The notes under the pieces were generated by a model. That model made no database searches. It saw nothing but the letters and a program-made list of their open reading frames with translations, and had not been told where the DNA came from. The translations under genes were made by a program, and so were the position numbers. From the IMG/VR virus record IMGVR_UViG_3300032132_000009, positions 1 through 58,539 of that record: a stretch of 58,539 bases of DNA; one strand, written 5' to 3'. Shown here piece after piece: positions 17,489 through 27,622 of this stretch; the stretch's first letter is position 1; each line of letters starts with the position of its first letter. The stretch is from a virus (taxonomy: Duplodnaviria > Caudoviricetes).

Positions 17489-19414
17489 TCATTCTGTTAT
17501 CGTTAATACATACTCATGGACAGTTACATTGGGATCGAATATACAATTCGTTGGTCCCTCGGTGTTCAACACCAAGCTGGCTTCATAAGGATTACACGTC
17601 TCTGAGTCCAAGTCCCACTCTTCGTTATATCCGTCAGTGGTAGACACTGACACCACGCCTCCACTTAGACGTAAACTTAAAATACTATGAACTGTGTTTC
17701 CATGCACATCTATCCAAGAATAGTGATGGAATCCAGTGTAACCACAAATGATTTCCCAGTTACCGCCAGGATAGCTAATTTGTTCCCAATACAACAAGCT
17801 CATGTCGTTTATAAAGCAAGATTCATACTCAAATCCTGGCTCGCTCCCCGGTGGGTTCCAACCCAGAAGATCGACAACCACCTCGTCAGGGTGCGAGCCA
17901 CACAGACCACCACACGGTGTCGCTTCCTGGCAACTTAAATCAAATGCACAATCTGTGGCATCAAAACTTGTCCTAACTATTAACCAGCCATAATCTTCAT
18001 TGGGCGCTGTCGAGGAATTATCAAATTCCCATGTCTGTATGGGTCCACAGCTATCCCACTCCCAATCTCCCAAAGGATACACAGGTGCGGCATCATAGCC
18101 ATTAAGTATAGTCCTAAGCGAACACACTGATAAAAAACCATGATTGGACCCCAGTGATGTTGTACGTAGTTCTATTTCCAACCCCGATGGTTTAACGTTC
18201 CCTAAGTCGTCTAGCTCCTTCCAACTTCTAGTCGTGGCGACCCACACAAATCGTATATCTTTTACCATGACTCCGCCCAGGAAACCAACGGCACACAAAT
18301 ATCTGGGTATACACCTACATCGTTCACAATGCCAACGCCAACAGGTACAAGCTCCTGAACGAATATTCACTCCGATAGTTGGATGCATCGGATCAACCAC
18401 CAGTGGAAGAATATGTAACTCTTTGATGTCACATCCACACTCACTTAACGAAATGACAGGAAACAGCTCAGGCGTTCGATCACTACAAGTAGTGCCTGGC
18501 TCAAACGCTGTCCATAAAAAACACTCACCGTAATAATCTTGAATTAAGTAAATATACTCAAAATTCCCAGCCCCTTTATCATACACCCATCTACCCACCA
18601 CAAAATTACCATCACACTGAAAACCACCATAATACTGCTCCCACTCAAATTCTCCCATTATCAAACTTCGAGGATCAGCTATAGAACTCCCTGCGTGACG
18701 CTTACCACTCACACATAAAAAACGAGGTCCTTGCGTACATTCGCCACAAGATGCAGGTAGCGTGACTAAAGTATCTTCACCGTCTTCAAAACCATCAGGA
18801 AAATGACGACGACTAAATGGAATTTTAGCTGTATCCAAGTTACCTAAAGTTATTTTGCCTAAGCAACCATCACTATAACCATCAGCAAATGCGAGTACAT
18901 TCAGTATTTCAATAGACGGCACACCTAAACAAGTTACCTGAGTATGGTCAATTTCAATTTCTTGATCAATGCCAAGCTCAGGAATACGAATTGTCCAGCG
19001 ACATTCTAGCTCGTCATACGGCTCAATAATAGTCGAGCCACTTATTCGTTCCCTAGATAAATATACATAAATATCGTAACCTACCACTTCACCAACGTAT
19101 TGAATACCATGTGTCTCAAGCGCAGGTGTTGGTTCCCCAGCTAGAGGCGAAGCTACACCTCTACAACACTCGTTTGGTGGGTCCGTGTCATTAGGTGTGT
19201 ACTTGGCCGTTATGAATCTAGGATTACATCTACAACAATGTTGGTCTTCGGGTGATAGGTCGCTATCTTCCAGTGTCCGATACAAACACGGATTACAACA
19301 ACAGCACGAGTCTTTTAAACCCGTGCGTTTACCCGCTTGATGTTCACTGCAATTAGGATGCAATCTAATTTTGTCAGGACCATTACTTTGGCCCGGAGGA
19401 ATTCTCAATGTCAT
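17489..19414 (-). CDS. Cys-rich, acidic, internally repeated virion-associated protein
   Basis: 641 aa with very many Cys and recurring CxxC...PRxL units; lies in the tail-tip region after the tape measure gene. Confidence 0.5.
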   Translation of the reverse strand: MTLRIPPGQSNGPDKIRLHPNCSEHQAGKRTGLKDSCCCCNPCLYRTLEDSDLSPEDQHCCRCNPRFITAKYTPNDTDPPNECCRGVASPLAGEPTPALETHGIQYVGEVVGYDIYVYLSRERISGSTIIEPYDELECRWTIRIPELGIDQEIEIDHTQVTCLGVPSIEILNVLAFADGYSDGCLGKITLGNLDTAKIPFSRRHFPDGFEDGEDTLVTLPASCGECTQGPRFLCVSGKRHAGSSIADPRSLIMGEFEWEQYYGGFQCDGNFVVGRWVYDKGAGNFEYIYLIQDYYGECFLWTAFEPGTTCSDRTPELFPVISLSECGCDIKELHILPLVVDPMHPTIGVNIRSGACTCWRWHCERCRCIPRYLCAVGFLGGVMVKDIRFVWVATTRSWKELDDLGNVKPSGLEIELRTTSLGSNHGFLSVCSLRTILNGYDAAPVYPLGDWEWDSCGPIQTWEFDNSSTAPNEDYGWLIVRTSFDATDCAFDLSCQEATPCGGLCGSHPDEVVVDLLGWNPPGSEPGFEYESCFINDMSLLYWEQISYPGGNWEIICGYTGFHHYSWIDVHGNTVHSILSLRLSGGVVSVSTTDGYNEEWDLDSETCNPYEASLVLNTEGPTNCIFDPNVTVHEYVLTITE

Positions 19415-20544
19415 TACAGCTCATACTCCTCGGAGCAGCACAAACTGCTCACTATCCATCTACATGCTCCAGCCGCCACCACTTCGTATTGACAGTCTGT
19501 CAATAAATCAGCATCATAAGGGTCGATTGGATTATCCATTTTATGCGCCACGCCATGCAGACCGAGTAACAACTCAATAGGCATGTTGAAATAGCAGTAC
19601 ACAGGGTCCCAAATTCTAACTTCATCCCCTATGCTTACGTCAGCTCCAGTACACGATATCTGAGTTACTTCACCTTGTACAAAATCACAGCCCGTCGCAT
19701 TCATCCCGATAGCGGGTGATACTGAAAGTATTTTAAAATGAATTACATCCCCACCTCCACCAACTGCCTCCCCTTCGACTAAGACTTTTTTAGTTACCTC
19801 ACAATCGAATTGACCACCGTCATAAATTTGAAAAGTGACTGTCGCTTTTATGTCAAACGCTTGTTCTTCAGTGGCCGAGCAATCCACTTGAAGGTGAGTG
19901 TTAGGCTGCTCAGTGATAGTTATGTCCGCGTTCGCTTGTGTGAGAGTCCAAGCCACGCTAAGTACCGTTATTGCATTGCCACCTTCTGTGTTACAATCAT
20001 GATTAATATTCAATGGGAAAGTACGCCCGCTGTCACTAAGTCTAATTTGGTCTGGCCCTGTCAGTACCAAGTCCACCCCGTAGTAATCACAGTCAGATGT
20101 CTCCGTACCTGGCGTATCGTCAGGATCATAGCCCGTCCCCAAAATTCCAGGACACGTCAACTGCAATGATCGCGGCGCAGACAACAGCGAAGCAGCGCCT
20201 GCAGCATTGTATGCGGCGACTCGCCAATACAATTTACGATCTTGGCTAACTTCATCAATATAGGTTAAAGTTGCGGACGTGGATGCGGTTCGAATTCCTC
20301 GAACAGTCGGTCCAGAGAATGAAGAAGCATCACAAGTCTGAATTACATAAAATGACGCCCCAGACACTGCTCCCCACGAGAGAGTAACATCGGCAGACGC
20401 ACCTGTCCACAATAGTAACTGTGGACAATACCTAGTTTCGTCCGCTGGAAAAAGTAACTTAGGCGTGTCCAACACAGTGTCGGCTCGCCAAGTTACTGAA
20501 GGTTCAGATGCAAAAGCGGCTACAGCTTGACGAATATCTGTCAT
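19414..20544 (-). CDS. Tail-associated protein with FN3/Ig-like domains
   Basis: VTLSWGAVSGASFYVIQ...YWRVAAYNAAG is a fibronectin type III signature; tail context. Confidence 0.6.
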   Translation of the reverse strand: MTDIRQAVAAFASEPSVTWRADTVLDTPKLLFPADETRYCPQLLLWTGASADVTLSWGAVSGASFYVIQTCDASSFSGPTVRGIRTASTSATLTYIDEVSQDRKLYWRVAAYNAAGAASLLSAPRSLQLTCPGILGTGYDPDDTPGTETSDCDYYGVDLVLTGPDQIRLSDSGRTFPLNINHDCNTEGGNAITVLSVAWTLTQANADITITEQPNTHLQVDCSATEEQAFDIKATVTFQIYDGGQFDCEVTKKVLVEGEAVGGGGDVIHFKILSVSPAIGMNATGCDFVQGEVTQISCTGADVSIGDEVRIWDPVYCYFNMPIELLLGLHGVAHKMDNPIDPYDADLLTDCQYEVVAAGACRWIVSSLCCSEEYEL

Positions 20545-20556
20545 GATTTAATCCAA

Positions 20557-20572
20557 GTGCAAGCGCTTGCAC
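20557..20572. repeat. Dispersed palindrome copy 10 (intergenic)
   Basis: Perfect 16-mer. Confidence 0.92.
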
Positions 20573-20575
20573 GAA

Positions 20576-20965
20576 TTATGTGATGTTAGTCGCATTGATA
20601 GTTGTAGTTACGTATACAACTTGGAAAGTACCTGATACATCCATTAATCCCCCATATACATTATCTACGTTAAGCGTAGCCATGCGTACTTCGTATTCCT
20701 CGCCCCAATACCCCACAAAGTCATACAAAGTAAGCGCGGCTACGTTATACAAATTATGATATGTCTGAAACTCTTCAGGACACGCGGCTTGCTGTCGCCA
20801 ACTGAGAACGCCGCCGCCATGCACAATTTGACTGGAAGCGGCAGCTTGAGTGATCACTGCGTTCGCCGTTGGTGTTACGTTGGTACGTTTCTTTGGAATG
20901 TATGGTTTGTACCTAAATGACGTTGGTAAGTTCAACGCATTCAAAGTTGCGACTCGAATAGCCAT
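20576..20965 (-). CDS. Putative distal tail protein
   Basis: 129 aa, beta-rich, immediately after the tape measure gene; positional call. Confidence 0.45.
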   Translation of the reverse strand: MAIRVATLNALNLPTSFRYKPYIPKKRTNVTPTANAVITQAAASSQIVHGGGVLSWRQQAACPEEFQTYHNLYNVAALTLYDFVGYWGEEYEVRMATLNVDNVYGGLMDVSGTFQVVYVTTTINATNIT

Positions 20966-20994
20966 TCTATCTCCTCCTTAGTGCGTAGTCAAGA

Positions 20995-23900
20995 TCAAAC
21001 TACGTTAAGACCTGCATTTTTCATCGCATCGAACACAACAGCTTCAGCAACTTCTGCGTCGAACGAATTATTGATCGTCACATCTACCTGAGATGTACTC
21101 TCAGTGGTGCTAGTTACATTAGTCAACCCGTTTGCACCCAACGGACCTTGACCAACACCCGGCCCATTTGCCGTAAGCACCTGCATCCCAGTATTTCCAA
21201 GATTTGCACCCAGAATCCCGGCTTGCATTGCTAATAGTACGTCCAAAATACCTTGCTGAATAAGTTTAGTTTCGTCAAGAATTCGGAATATACCTATATT
21301 TTGAGCTTGCGCTTGAGTCACTTCTGGAGGCGCGAATAACTGCTCTACCGCTTGCCCCGCTTCCGCAGTAAGTCCCGCGTCTGTAAGTTTTTTACCCGCC
21401 ATGAGAGCTTCGATTCGAGCAGATTGCTGCGCTCGTAAAAGTGCTGCTTGCTTTCTCTCATTAGTAGGATCAGCCGCTGCTATTTTAGTCAACCGCTCCA
21501 CACGCGCTGCCTCAGAAGCTGCCCGTTTTGCCGCTTCACGCGCCCTAGCTTCTTTGATAGCTTCGAGTCGCATTAACGTAAACGTCAACGCTACCATTTC
21601 ACGCAACGACGTAACTCGCTTTGCCAACGATGCTGCGATCTTATCTTCCAGACTTTCACGTTCATCATCCAACGCTTTAAGTTTTTTCTGTTTTTCTTTT
21701 TCGGCGGCTTCTTCCGCTTTTTTAGCTTCTTCGTCCGCAGCTTCTTGAGCAGCCGCTATCTTTGCGTCTTTAATTTCTTCAGCATTTTTCAGCGCTTCCG
21801 CTTTTTGTTGTTGACTCGCATTGTCTTCTAGCAAGAATGTCTCTTCGATTCGTTTCTTATCCGCCTCGAACTCAGCATCAGCCGTTAACTGTGCCGCGAG
21901 TAGCTTATCGCCCGCTTGTTTAGCTTGTTGAATTTTTTGCTTGTTGAGAATGTCGTCTTGCTTATCCGCTACTTTTTGACGAGCTTCTGCCTCCTGCTCA
22001 AGCAATATTGCTTGAGTATTTGCGTTGTCTTGATCGCGTTTAGTTTCCGCATCTGCTAACTCAGCCCTACGCTCTTGCAGCTTGTCCAGGCGCCGCATAC
22101 TGGCAACCCTCTCCTCGGTAAGTGCCGCTTTTTTTCGTGGGTCTGTCTCGGCGGCCTCTTCGTCCATAAGATCTGACCAAGTAAAGAACTCATCCAGCCG
22201 CCTTTGTTTGTTTAACTCTTGTTGCGCCTTTATTTGTTCTTTTTGTGCATCTGCCAAATCCTGGGCTTGTTGCTTGAGTTCGTTAATTTTCTTAACTTCA
22301 AGCTCGTATGAGTTTAACCTGGATTCCGCCGCGTCGTTAACAAGGTCAGTCCACTCACTTAATGTCTCATTATACGCCTCCAGCGCCTCTTCACCTTCTT
22401 TAAGTATGTCGTTACGTCTCTTTTCAGCTTTTGAAGCAGCATCTAATGCTGCTACATTTTCCTGGAGCACGGAAGCACTGTTAGCTACTAACGTATTATA
22501 CTGAGCCTGCGCTTCCCCTAATCGTTTCAGCGCTTCCTTTTCCATTTCCAACAAAATATTAAGTTGCGCGTGCTCCAACGTCCCTTCTTCGGCTTTCGCT
22601 ACTTCGTCTTCCAACGTCTCAATGTGCTCCTCAGTTGTATCTATCAAATCTTGAAGGCTTTGCTCGCCATCGCCATATTCAGCTCTTAAATCCGCTAATC
22701 TTTTCAAATCTCTTGCATTCAACTGATCCCGCCGACTCATCAACGACATCATTTCCTCGACATCTTTGACTCGCTTTCGATGCGCTTTATTATCCTCCGC
22801 ATATGTGTCAATCAGCTCCCGCTGTTTTTCAGCCAATTTTTCAACCGCATCTGCCTGCTTGTCTAGTCTATTTTTAAGCTCCTCACTATCGTAATCAAGA
22901 ATCCCCATCCAATGCGCAAAATCTATGACAGCATCGACAGCTTCGTTGAGAACGTATGCAAGGCCGACTAATGTCCGTACGATAAGAGTCAGGATTGTGT
23001 AGAATATTTCAAACGCAGCAAAAGCAAATCCGGCTGCAAGTGTCAAAAGCCCCTCATTGACGGGCTTCATCACTTCGAACATCTTACGAAGTGCCTCTGC
23101 GATTTGGGAAAATATTAATTTGAAATCCTCCCATAAACTAAAGCCGCGCGGGTCAGAATCCGACCATGAGGAGATTAACTTATTCCACTCATTGTGCATT
23201 ACTATGAGATACCCAATCAGACGGGTGCTTAATTCGCCTATGAAGTCTGTAACCGCTGCAACGAGCGACCCAAACGTCCCCCACGTCGCTCCAAGGTCGT
23301 CAATACCTTTCTCCCATGTAGCCATCACCCCTACTACAACAGCTATAACAGCGGCGAGAGTAAGCAATACGGGTAGGAAGTACGCGGCAATGAACGTACC
23401 CACAGCCGTCATTGCTGTGCCTAACGCCGCCCACATGCCAGCCATTGCACCCGTGCCTGCTGCCGCAGTTCCTCCAGCAGTCGCGGCTAATGCGGCTATG
23501 GCTTCTTGAGACGCACCGGCTGCGAGGGCCAACGCGGCAAGGTCGGTAGTAGCTACACCTGCAGTAGTGGCTAAGGCAGCTAAGGCTGCAGCCGCGCCTT
23601 CCGCAGTTAACGCAGTCGCTGCTAACGTGGAGGCAGACGCGGAGGCAGATACCGCCATACTAGCCATTACTACTTGGCCGCCACCCCAGACAACAAACAA
23701 CATACCTAATGCAATAAGTGTGCCACCTATTACTGCCGTAATTACCGTCAACGCTGCAGCTACCGCCATCAGAGGCTTTACCATATGACTCCATGTAGGA
23801 TCAGCCATCAGGTCCAAAACTCTCTGCAGCATGTCAGCAGCAGTATCCACGACTGCCCTAATTTGCTTCTTTATCCGATTAAATATTTCCAGTTTAATCG

Positions 23901-25239
23901 CTTCGAGGCGACTCACAAATACTTTGATGGAGCCATTGAGGTTGTCCCAACGAATGGTTGCTTGTTTCAACCCTTCGCCAAAACTATCGTTAATGGCTTC
24001 GCCCATCTTATCAATTTCAGCCGTAGGCAGGTTCATCAGAGCAAGCATAGCGCGACCTGCACGCTCACCGAAAAACTCCATAACATCTGCAGCAGTGACG
24101 CCAACCCGTGAAAACTCCTTAATGATGTCAACAATAGAATGCATAGTGGGATCAACCGCCGCAAACGACGATCCATACTTTTCCATCAACTCTGTGGTAT
24201 CTTCGGTTTTTCGGATAAGTCCCGATAGGATCTGTGCGAGTCCTGTTCCCGCACGACTAGACTTGATACTGTTGTTCGCCAAAAGAGCAAGGGCAATCGC
24301 AGATTCTTCAACACTTTGCCCTAAAGTTGCCGCAACGGGAGCAGCGAAACTAAATGCGTTACCTAACTGCTGTACGGTGGTATTCGCGCTCGCTTGTGCC
24401 TTTGCAAACACGTCGCTCACCCTTGCAGCATCGGTAGCTTGCAAGGTGTACGCATTTACCATATCAGCAGTAATTTCAGACGCTCGCGCGAGGTCAAGCA
24501 TACCTGCCCGAGCAAGATTAACTGTGGCCTCCAGTGCTTGGGTCGTTTCGACCGCAGTAAATCCAGCCTGCCCCAGAAATTGAGCAGCAGTGGCGATTTG
24601 ACTGGCTGTGAAATTAGTAGTTTGACCTAAGCGCATAACTTCATCAGATAGCGCTGCAAACTGCTGTGTAGCGCTCTCGCTTACCCCTTGAAGCTCAGTG
24701 ACTACAGACACAACTATGTTCATGGTCTGTTCAAAATCACCACCTGTAGTCGCTAAGTCTTTCCACGCAGCAGCGAGCGCTACTGCAAATGCCAGCATAG
24801 CTACGCCCACCATCCTCATTTGAGCGCCTACTTGACGTACCATGCTACCCATGTTTATCATGCCTTGCAACGTGGCATTCACTTGGGCTTTAGCTTGCTC
24901 TAGCATGGCTTTAGCATGACGATTGTGCGCTTTTTGCACAATTGCTAAAGATTTGAGCCGATCTTTGGTCCTCCTAATCGCCTCGCTCAACGCCTCCATG
25001 TGTCTTCGTGATGTGTTGATACCCTCGCTAGGTATCATGCCCTTAGCTGCGAGGCGCACCCGTCGCAGTTGCCTTTGTAACCTAATTAAACGCTTCTCCA
25101 GATCATTCTGCGTGCGCCCCGCAGTGGAAGTAACAGAATTACTAACTTCAGCAAACTTAGTACGTACTTTATTCAAGTTACCGAGCAAGCCATCTACCCG
25201 TGCCGTAATGTTAAGAATAAGCTCATTAAACACGGGCAA
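20995..25239 (-). CDS. Tail tape measure protein (TP901 family)
   Basis: 1414 aa, Ala-rich. TP901 core (FEQTMNIV...LGQTTNFTASQIA...SANTTVQQLGNAF...AGTGL), hydrophobic middle and long coiled coil. Confidence 0.95.
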   Translation of the reverse strand: MPVFNELILNITARVDGLLGNLNKVRTKFAEVSNSVTSTAGRTQNDLEKRLIRLQRQLRRVRLAAKGMIPSEGINTSRRHMEALSEAIRRTKDRLKSLAIVQKAHNRHAKAMLEQAKAQVNATLQGMINMGSMVRQVGAQMRMVGVAMLAFAVALAAAWKDLATTGGDFEQTMNIVVSVVTELQGVSESATQQFAALSDEVMRLGQTTNFTASQIATAAQFLGQAGFTAVETTQALEATVNLARAGMLDLARASEITADMVNAYTLQATDAARVSDVFAKAQASANTTVQQLGNAFSFAAPVAATLGQSVEESAIALALLANNSIKSSRAGTGLAQILSGLIRKTEDTTELMEKYGSSFAAVDPTMHSIVDIIKEFSRVGVTAADVMEFFGERAGRAMLALMNLPTAEIDKMGEAINDSFGEGLKQATIRWDNLNGSIKVFVSRLEAIKLEIFNRIKKQIRAVVDTAADMLQRVLDLMADPTWSHMVKPLMAVAAALTVITAVIGGTLIALGMLFVVWGGGQVVMASMAVSASASASTLAATALTAEGAAAALAALATTAGVATTDLAALALAAGASQEAIAALAATAGGTAAAGTGAMAGMWAALGTAMTAVGTFIAAYFLPVLLTLAAVIAVVVGVMATWEKGIDDLGATWGTFGSLVAAVTDFIGELSTRLIGYLIVMHNEWNKLISSWSDSDPRGFSLWEDFKLIFSQIAEALRKMFEVMKPVNEGLLTLAAGFAFAAFEIFYTILTLIVRTLVGLAYVLNEAVDAVIDFAHWMGILDYDSEELKNRLDKQADAVEKLAEKQRELIDTYAEDNKAHRKRVKDVEEMMSLMSRRDQLNARDLKRLADLRAEYGDGEQSLQDLIDTTEEHIETLEDEVAKAEEGTLEHAQLNILLEMEKEALKRLGEAQAQYNTLVANSASVLQENVAALDAASKAEKRRNDILKEGEEALEAYNETLSEWTDLVNDAAESRLNSYELEVKKINELKQQAQDLADAQKEQIKAQQELNKQRRLDEFFTWSDLMDEEAAETDPRKKAALTEERVASMRRLDKLQERRAELADAETKRDQDNANTQAILLEQEAEARQKVADKQDDILNKQKIQQAKQAGDKLLAAQLTADAEFEADKKRIEETFLLEDNASQQQKAEALKNAEEIKDAKIAAAQEAADEEAKKAEEAAEKEKQKKLKALDDERESLEDKIAASLAKRVTSLREMVALTFTLMRLEAIKEARAREAAKRAASEAARVERLTKIAAADPTNERKQAALLRAQQSARIEALMAGKKLTDAGLTAEAGQAVEQLFAPPEVTQAQAQNIGIFRILDETKLIQQGILDVLLAMQAGILGANLGNTGMQVLTANGPGVGQGPLGANGLTNVTSTTESTSQVDVTINNSFDAEVAEAVVFDAMKNAGLNVV

Positions 25240-25242
25240 CTC

Positions 25243-25608
25243 CTAGCTATTTTTCATAGTGTCCGGAATATACAGTTTATCCAACGACCCTGGCGCGTCA
25301 TTTGCACTGTTCGCCGCAGTCACTGTATGTCGTTTGGGCTTCAATGAGTTGAAAAAAGTGTCTACGTCTTCGGGCTTGCCACCATGCTGTGCAAGCGCTT
25401 GCACGTTGTATGCTCGCACTGCTTCTACGTAATGCCGCAATCGAATCTGGTAAACTAACTCCTCCAACTTACAATACGGTTGGTCAAGGATTTGAGTCTC
25501 TGACCAACCGTATTCATTTGCAAGCATATCGACAATGATACCAACGGAGTCTCCGGGATCTATGTCGCTGTGGGAGTCACTGGATTGCTCAGTTTGAGAA
25601 AAAGCCGT
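25243..25608 (-). CDS. Tail assembly chaperone C-terminal extension (gpT-like), reached by -1 frameshift
   Basis: The -1 frame relative to 25560..25931 is open from 25608 through the tracked ORF 25243..25527 (LANEYGWSETQIL). Confidence 0.7.
   Translation of the reverse strand, partial: TAFSQTEQSSDSHSDIDPGDSVGIIVDMLANEYGWSETQILDQPYCKLEELVYQIRLRHYVEAVRAYNVQALAQHGGKPEDVDTFFNSLKPKRHTVTAANSANDAPGSLDKLYIPDTMKNS
25389..25404. repeat. Dispersed palindrome copy 11 (in chaperone extension)
   Basis: Perfect; encodes VQALAQ. Confidence 0.92.
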
Positions 25609-25931
25609 TTAAGGCTCTCCCAATTCACAACGTCTTCAGCAGCCTCCACCAAATCCATAAGGTCGGAAACTGTTATATCATCGAAAAACTCAGGGGGCTT
25701 ATCAGTACACGCCCCCGCGCTTACTTTCACGGCCTCAAAAGTGGCATCATCAGTAAGTAACTCCAAGAACTTCTCAGTGGTCGCCGCTCCCCCTTCGTCA
25801 CTGGCAAGTTTTGGAAGTATGGTGGCAAGCACGGGTCCAATTCTAAGAACTTTCCGCACGGGGGGATCAAATACTCGGACTTCTTCGCCCTTTACAGTGA
25901 TTACTTTTGGCTCTTTTACGAAATCAGACAT
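25560..25931 (-). CDS. Tail assembly chaperone (gpG-like)
   Basis: Acidic 123-aa protein between the tail tube and tape measure genes, with CTT TTT C near its 3' end. Confidence 0.75.
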   Translation of the reverse strand: MSDFVKEPKVITVKGEEVRVFDPPVRKVLRIGPVLATILPKLASDEGGAATTEKFLELLTDDATFEAVKVSAGACTDKPPEFFDDITVSDLMDLVEAAEDVVNWESLKRLFLKLSNPVTPTAT

Positions 25932-26221
25932 TACGATGCATTCCTTTTTTCATGAATAATATGTCGAAGTTTACTTTGTGAGGCAGTAAACTGCAAAGGG
26001 TCAACTAAAGCGTTACCGTTAAGGTACGCATATATTACCTCCTTTACAGCCGATTCGTCCTTGCCAGCAAACATAAACTCGAAGAAAATTTCGTGTGTAT
26101 TTCCCGCTGGTCGCGGGGTGTCGCTGACAAGGACGACATCGGGCAAACTCCAAAGATATGACGCTAAGTTCAAATCTTTAGTAGAATACTTCCACCCTTT
26201 GCTGTCTACTTTTGTCGTCAT
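25931..26221 (-). CDS. DUF5659-like small protein
   Basis: Pattern STKDLNLASYL...FFEF...YLNGNALVDPLQF...LRHII. Confidence 0.55.
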   Translation of the reverse strand: MTTKVDSKGWKYSTKDLNLASYLWSLPDVVLVSDTPRPAGNTHEIFFEFMFAGKDESAVKEVIYAYLNGNALVDPLQFTASQSKLRHIIHEKRNAS

Positions 26222-26244
26222 AATACTTCTGCCCTAAAAGGGGA

Positions 26245-26604
26245 TCAAACAGTGTCAGCGTATGGAATCGACGCAGTGAGATCACCAGAACTCGAAATGT
26301 TCGTTAGTGCAGTCAGGTCAACCTGAGCGTACTTCGATCCGAACACGAAATTGAACTTGGCGAAACCGTCACCAGACGCAAGAGCCGCACCCGTGACGTC
26401 AGTATCACCGTTGGTGTCCAGATCAGCGCGTTCTGCATCAATCCACTGCTGGATTGCGTCACACACGACGCCCCGGATCAGCCGAGTTTCTGTCAATTTA
26501 TTGGCAGTATCACCAATAGTGAACCGAACAATATTACCTGAAGGATTGCTTTTGGTAACAGTGAAATCACCAAGACCACCAACACCTGTGTACGAATGAC
26601 CCAT
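26245..26604 (-). CDS. Hypothetical virion protein
   Basis: G/T/S-rich 119 aa with a good RBS, directly after the tail tube gene. Confidence 0.55.
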   Translation of the reverse strand: MGHSYTGVGGLGDFTVTKSNPSGNIVRFTIGDTANKLTETRLIRGVVCDAIQQWIDAERADLDTNGDTDVTGAALASGDGFAKFNFVFGSKYAQVDLTALTNISSSGDLTASIPYADTV

Positions 26605-26639
26605 GACGGGTTCCTTTCATCCAAAAAGTAATGACCATA

Positions 26640-26655
26640 GTGCAAGTGCTTGCAC
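26640..26655. repeat. Dispersed palindrome copy 12 (intergenic, central TG variant)
   Basis: GTGCAAGTGCTTGCAC after the tail tube stop. Confidence 0.85.
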
Positions 26656-26661
26656 ACAAAC

Positions 26662-27144
26662 TTAACTGTCGATGATAGTTCCGAAATTACCAGAACTGTC
26701 TTTGAGCACTTCCAGCTCAACTTCGTATTCCACAGGGTTGTCACGAGTCATCGTGTACTCCCGTGTACCCATTGACACGCCTTTGGTAAACGCAAAAGTA
26801 CGAGTACCGCAGCTAGGTCCAGGCCCCACCAGTGTAATGGATACTTCATCCGTCCAGCAGGAACCATTGTATCCTAGTGTCAACGTGCTTCCTACCAAGT
26901 TAGCTGAAGGGAGCATCATCGCTATTCGCATTTGCTCCAAACTAACTTCCAGCAATCGTACCACAACGTGGGTACGCTCCATTGCCCGACCCTTACGGAC
27001 AATACCATTTGCCTGATCAGCATCGACATCCACAGGGGTACTTTCATACCGAACTGTAGTTCCTCCTCGGGTATAGCCAATGTCTGCCCCATTAAGGGAG
27101 ACTGTGGCCGCTCCGACGAGGATGTTATTGGCATTTACAGCCAT
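26662..27144 (-). CDS. Major tail (tube) protein
   Basis: NILVGAATV...DIGYTRGGTTVRYE...DQ...LLEVSLE is typical of siphoviral tube proteins; follows the tail terminator gene. Confidence 0.8.
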   Translation of the reverse strand: MAVNANNILVGAATVSLNGADIGYTRGGTTVRYESTPVDVDADQANGIVRKGRAMERTHVVVRLLEVSLEQMRIAMMLPSANLVGSTLTLGYNGSCWTDEVSITLVGPGPSCGTRTFAFTKGVSMGTREYTMTRDNPVEYEVELEVLKDSSGNFGTIIDS

Positions 27145-27155
27145 GTTTTACTCCC

Positions 27156-27614
27156 TCAACAACCAAGATACGGATTTGCGACAACTACTATCACATTTGA
27201 ATCGTCCCAGTACGTTACATTTTCATTTTCGTTTTTAACTCTTTGCAACCTCCGTTCCCATCGGGTCGATCTGACTGTACATGCACTGTCCGTAAAATCA
27301 TAAAAACTACGATTAGTAGCACTCACGTCAGAATCGTCAAATAAATATTGTACCCTATCCGCTAACTTAATAGCGTTAATTTCCTTTACTTGAGCCGCTA
27401 GTATCTCTATGCTATATTTTTTCCACCCGGTTGCTTCTTTTGCCAATGGCACAGACGCGACCACACGCACGCCAACAAACGGTGGATTCACACTCTCTGG
27501 CACAGGTGTTCGAGCAATGTTACTCGCGCCCCCTGCTAAAGTAACTAAACTACCCGCACCTGTATCAGTACGTAGTTTAGTCACAAGTGCGTTAAGGAAA
27601 TTTACGTCAGACAT
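27156..27614 (-). CDS. Tail terminator / completion protein
   Basis: Position and pattern (ALVTKLR...PPFV...IEI...LADRVQYLF). Confidence 0.6.
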   Translation of the reverse strand: MSDVNFLNALVTKLRTDTGAGSLVTLAGGASNIARTPVPESVNPPFVGVRVVASVPLAKEATGWKKYSIEILAAQVKEINAIKLADRVQYLFDDSDVSATNRSFYDFTDSACTVRSTRWERRLQRVKNENENVTYWDDSNVIVVVANPYLGC

Positions 27615-27622
27615 GCAAATGC

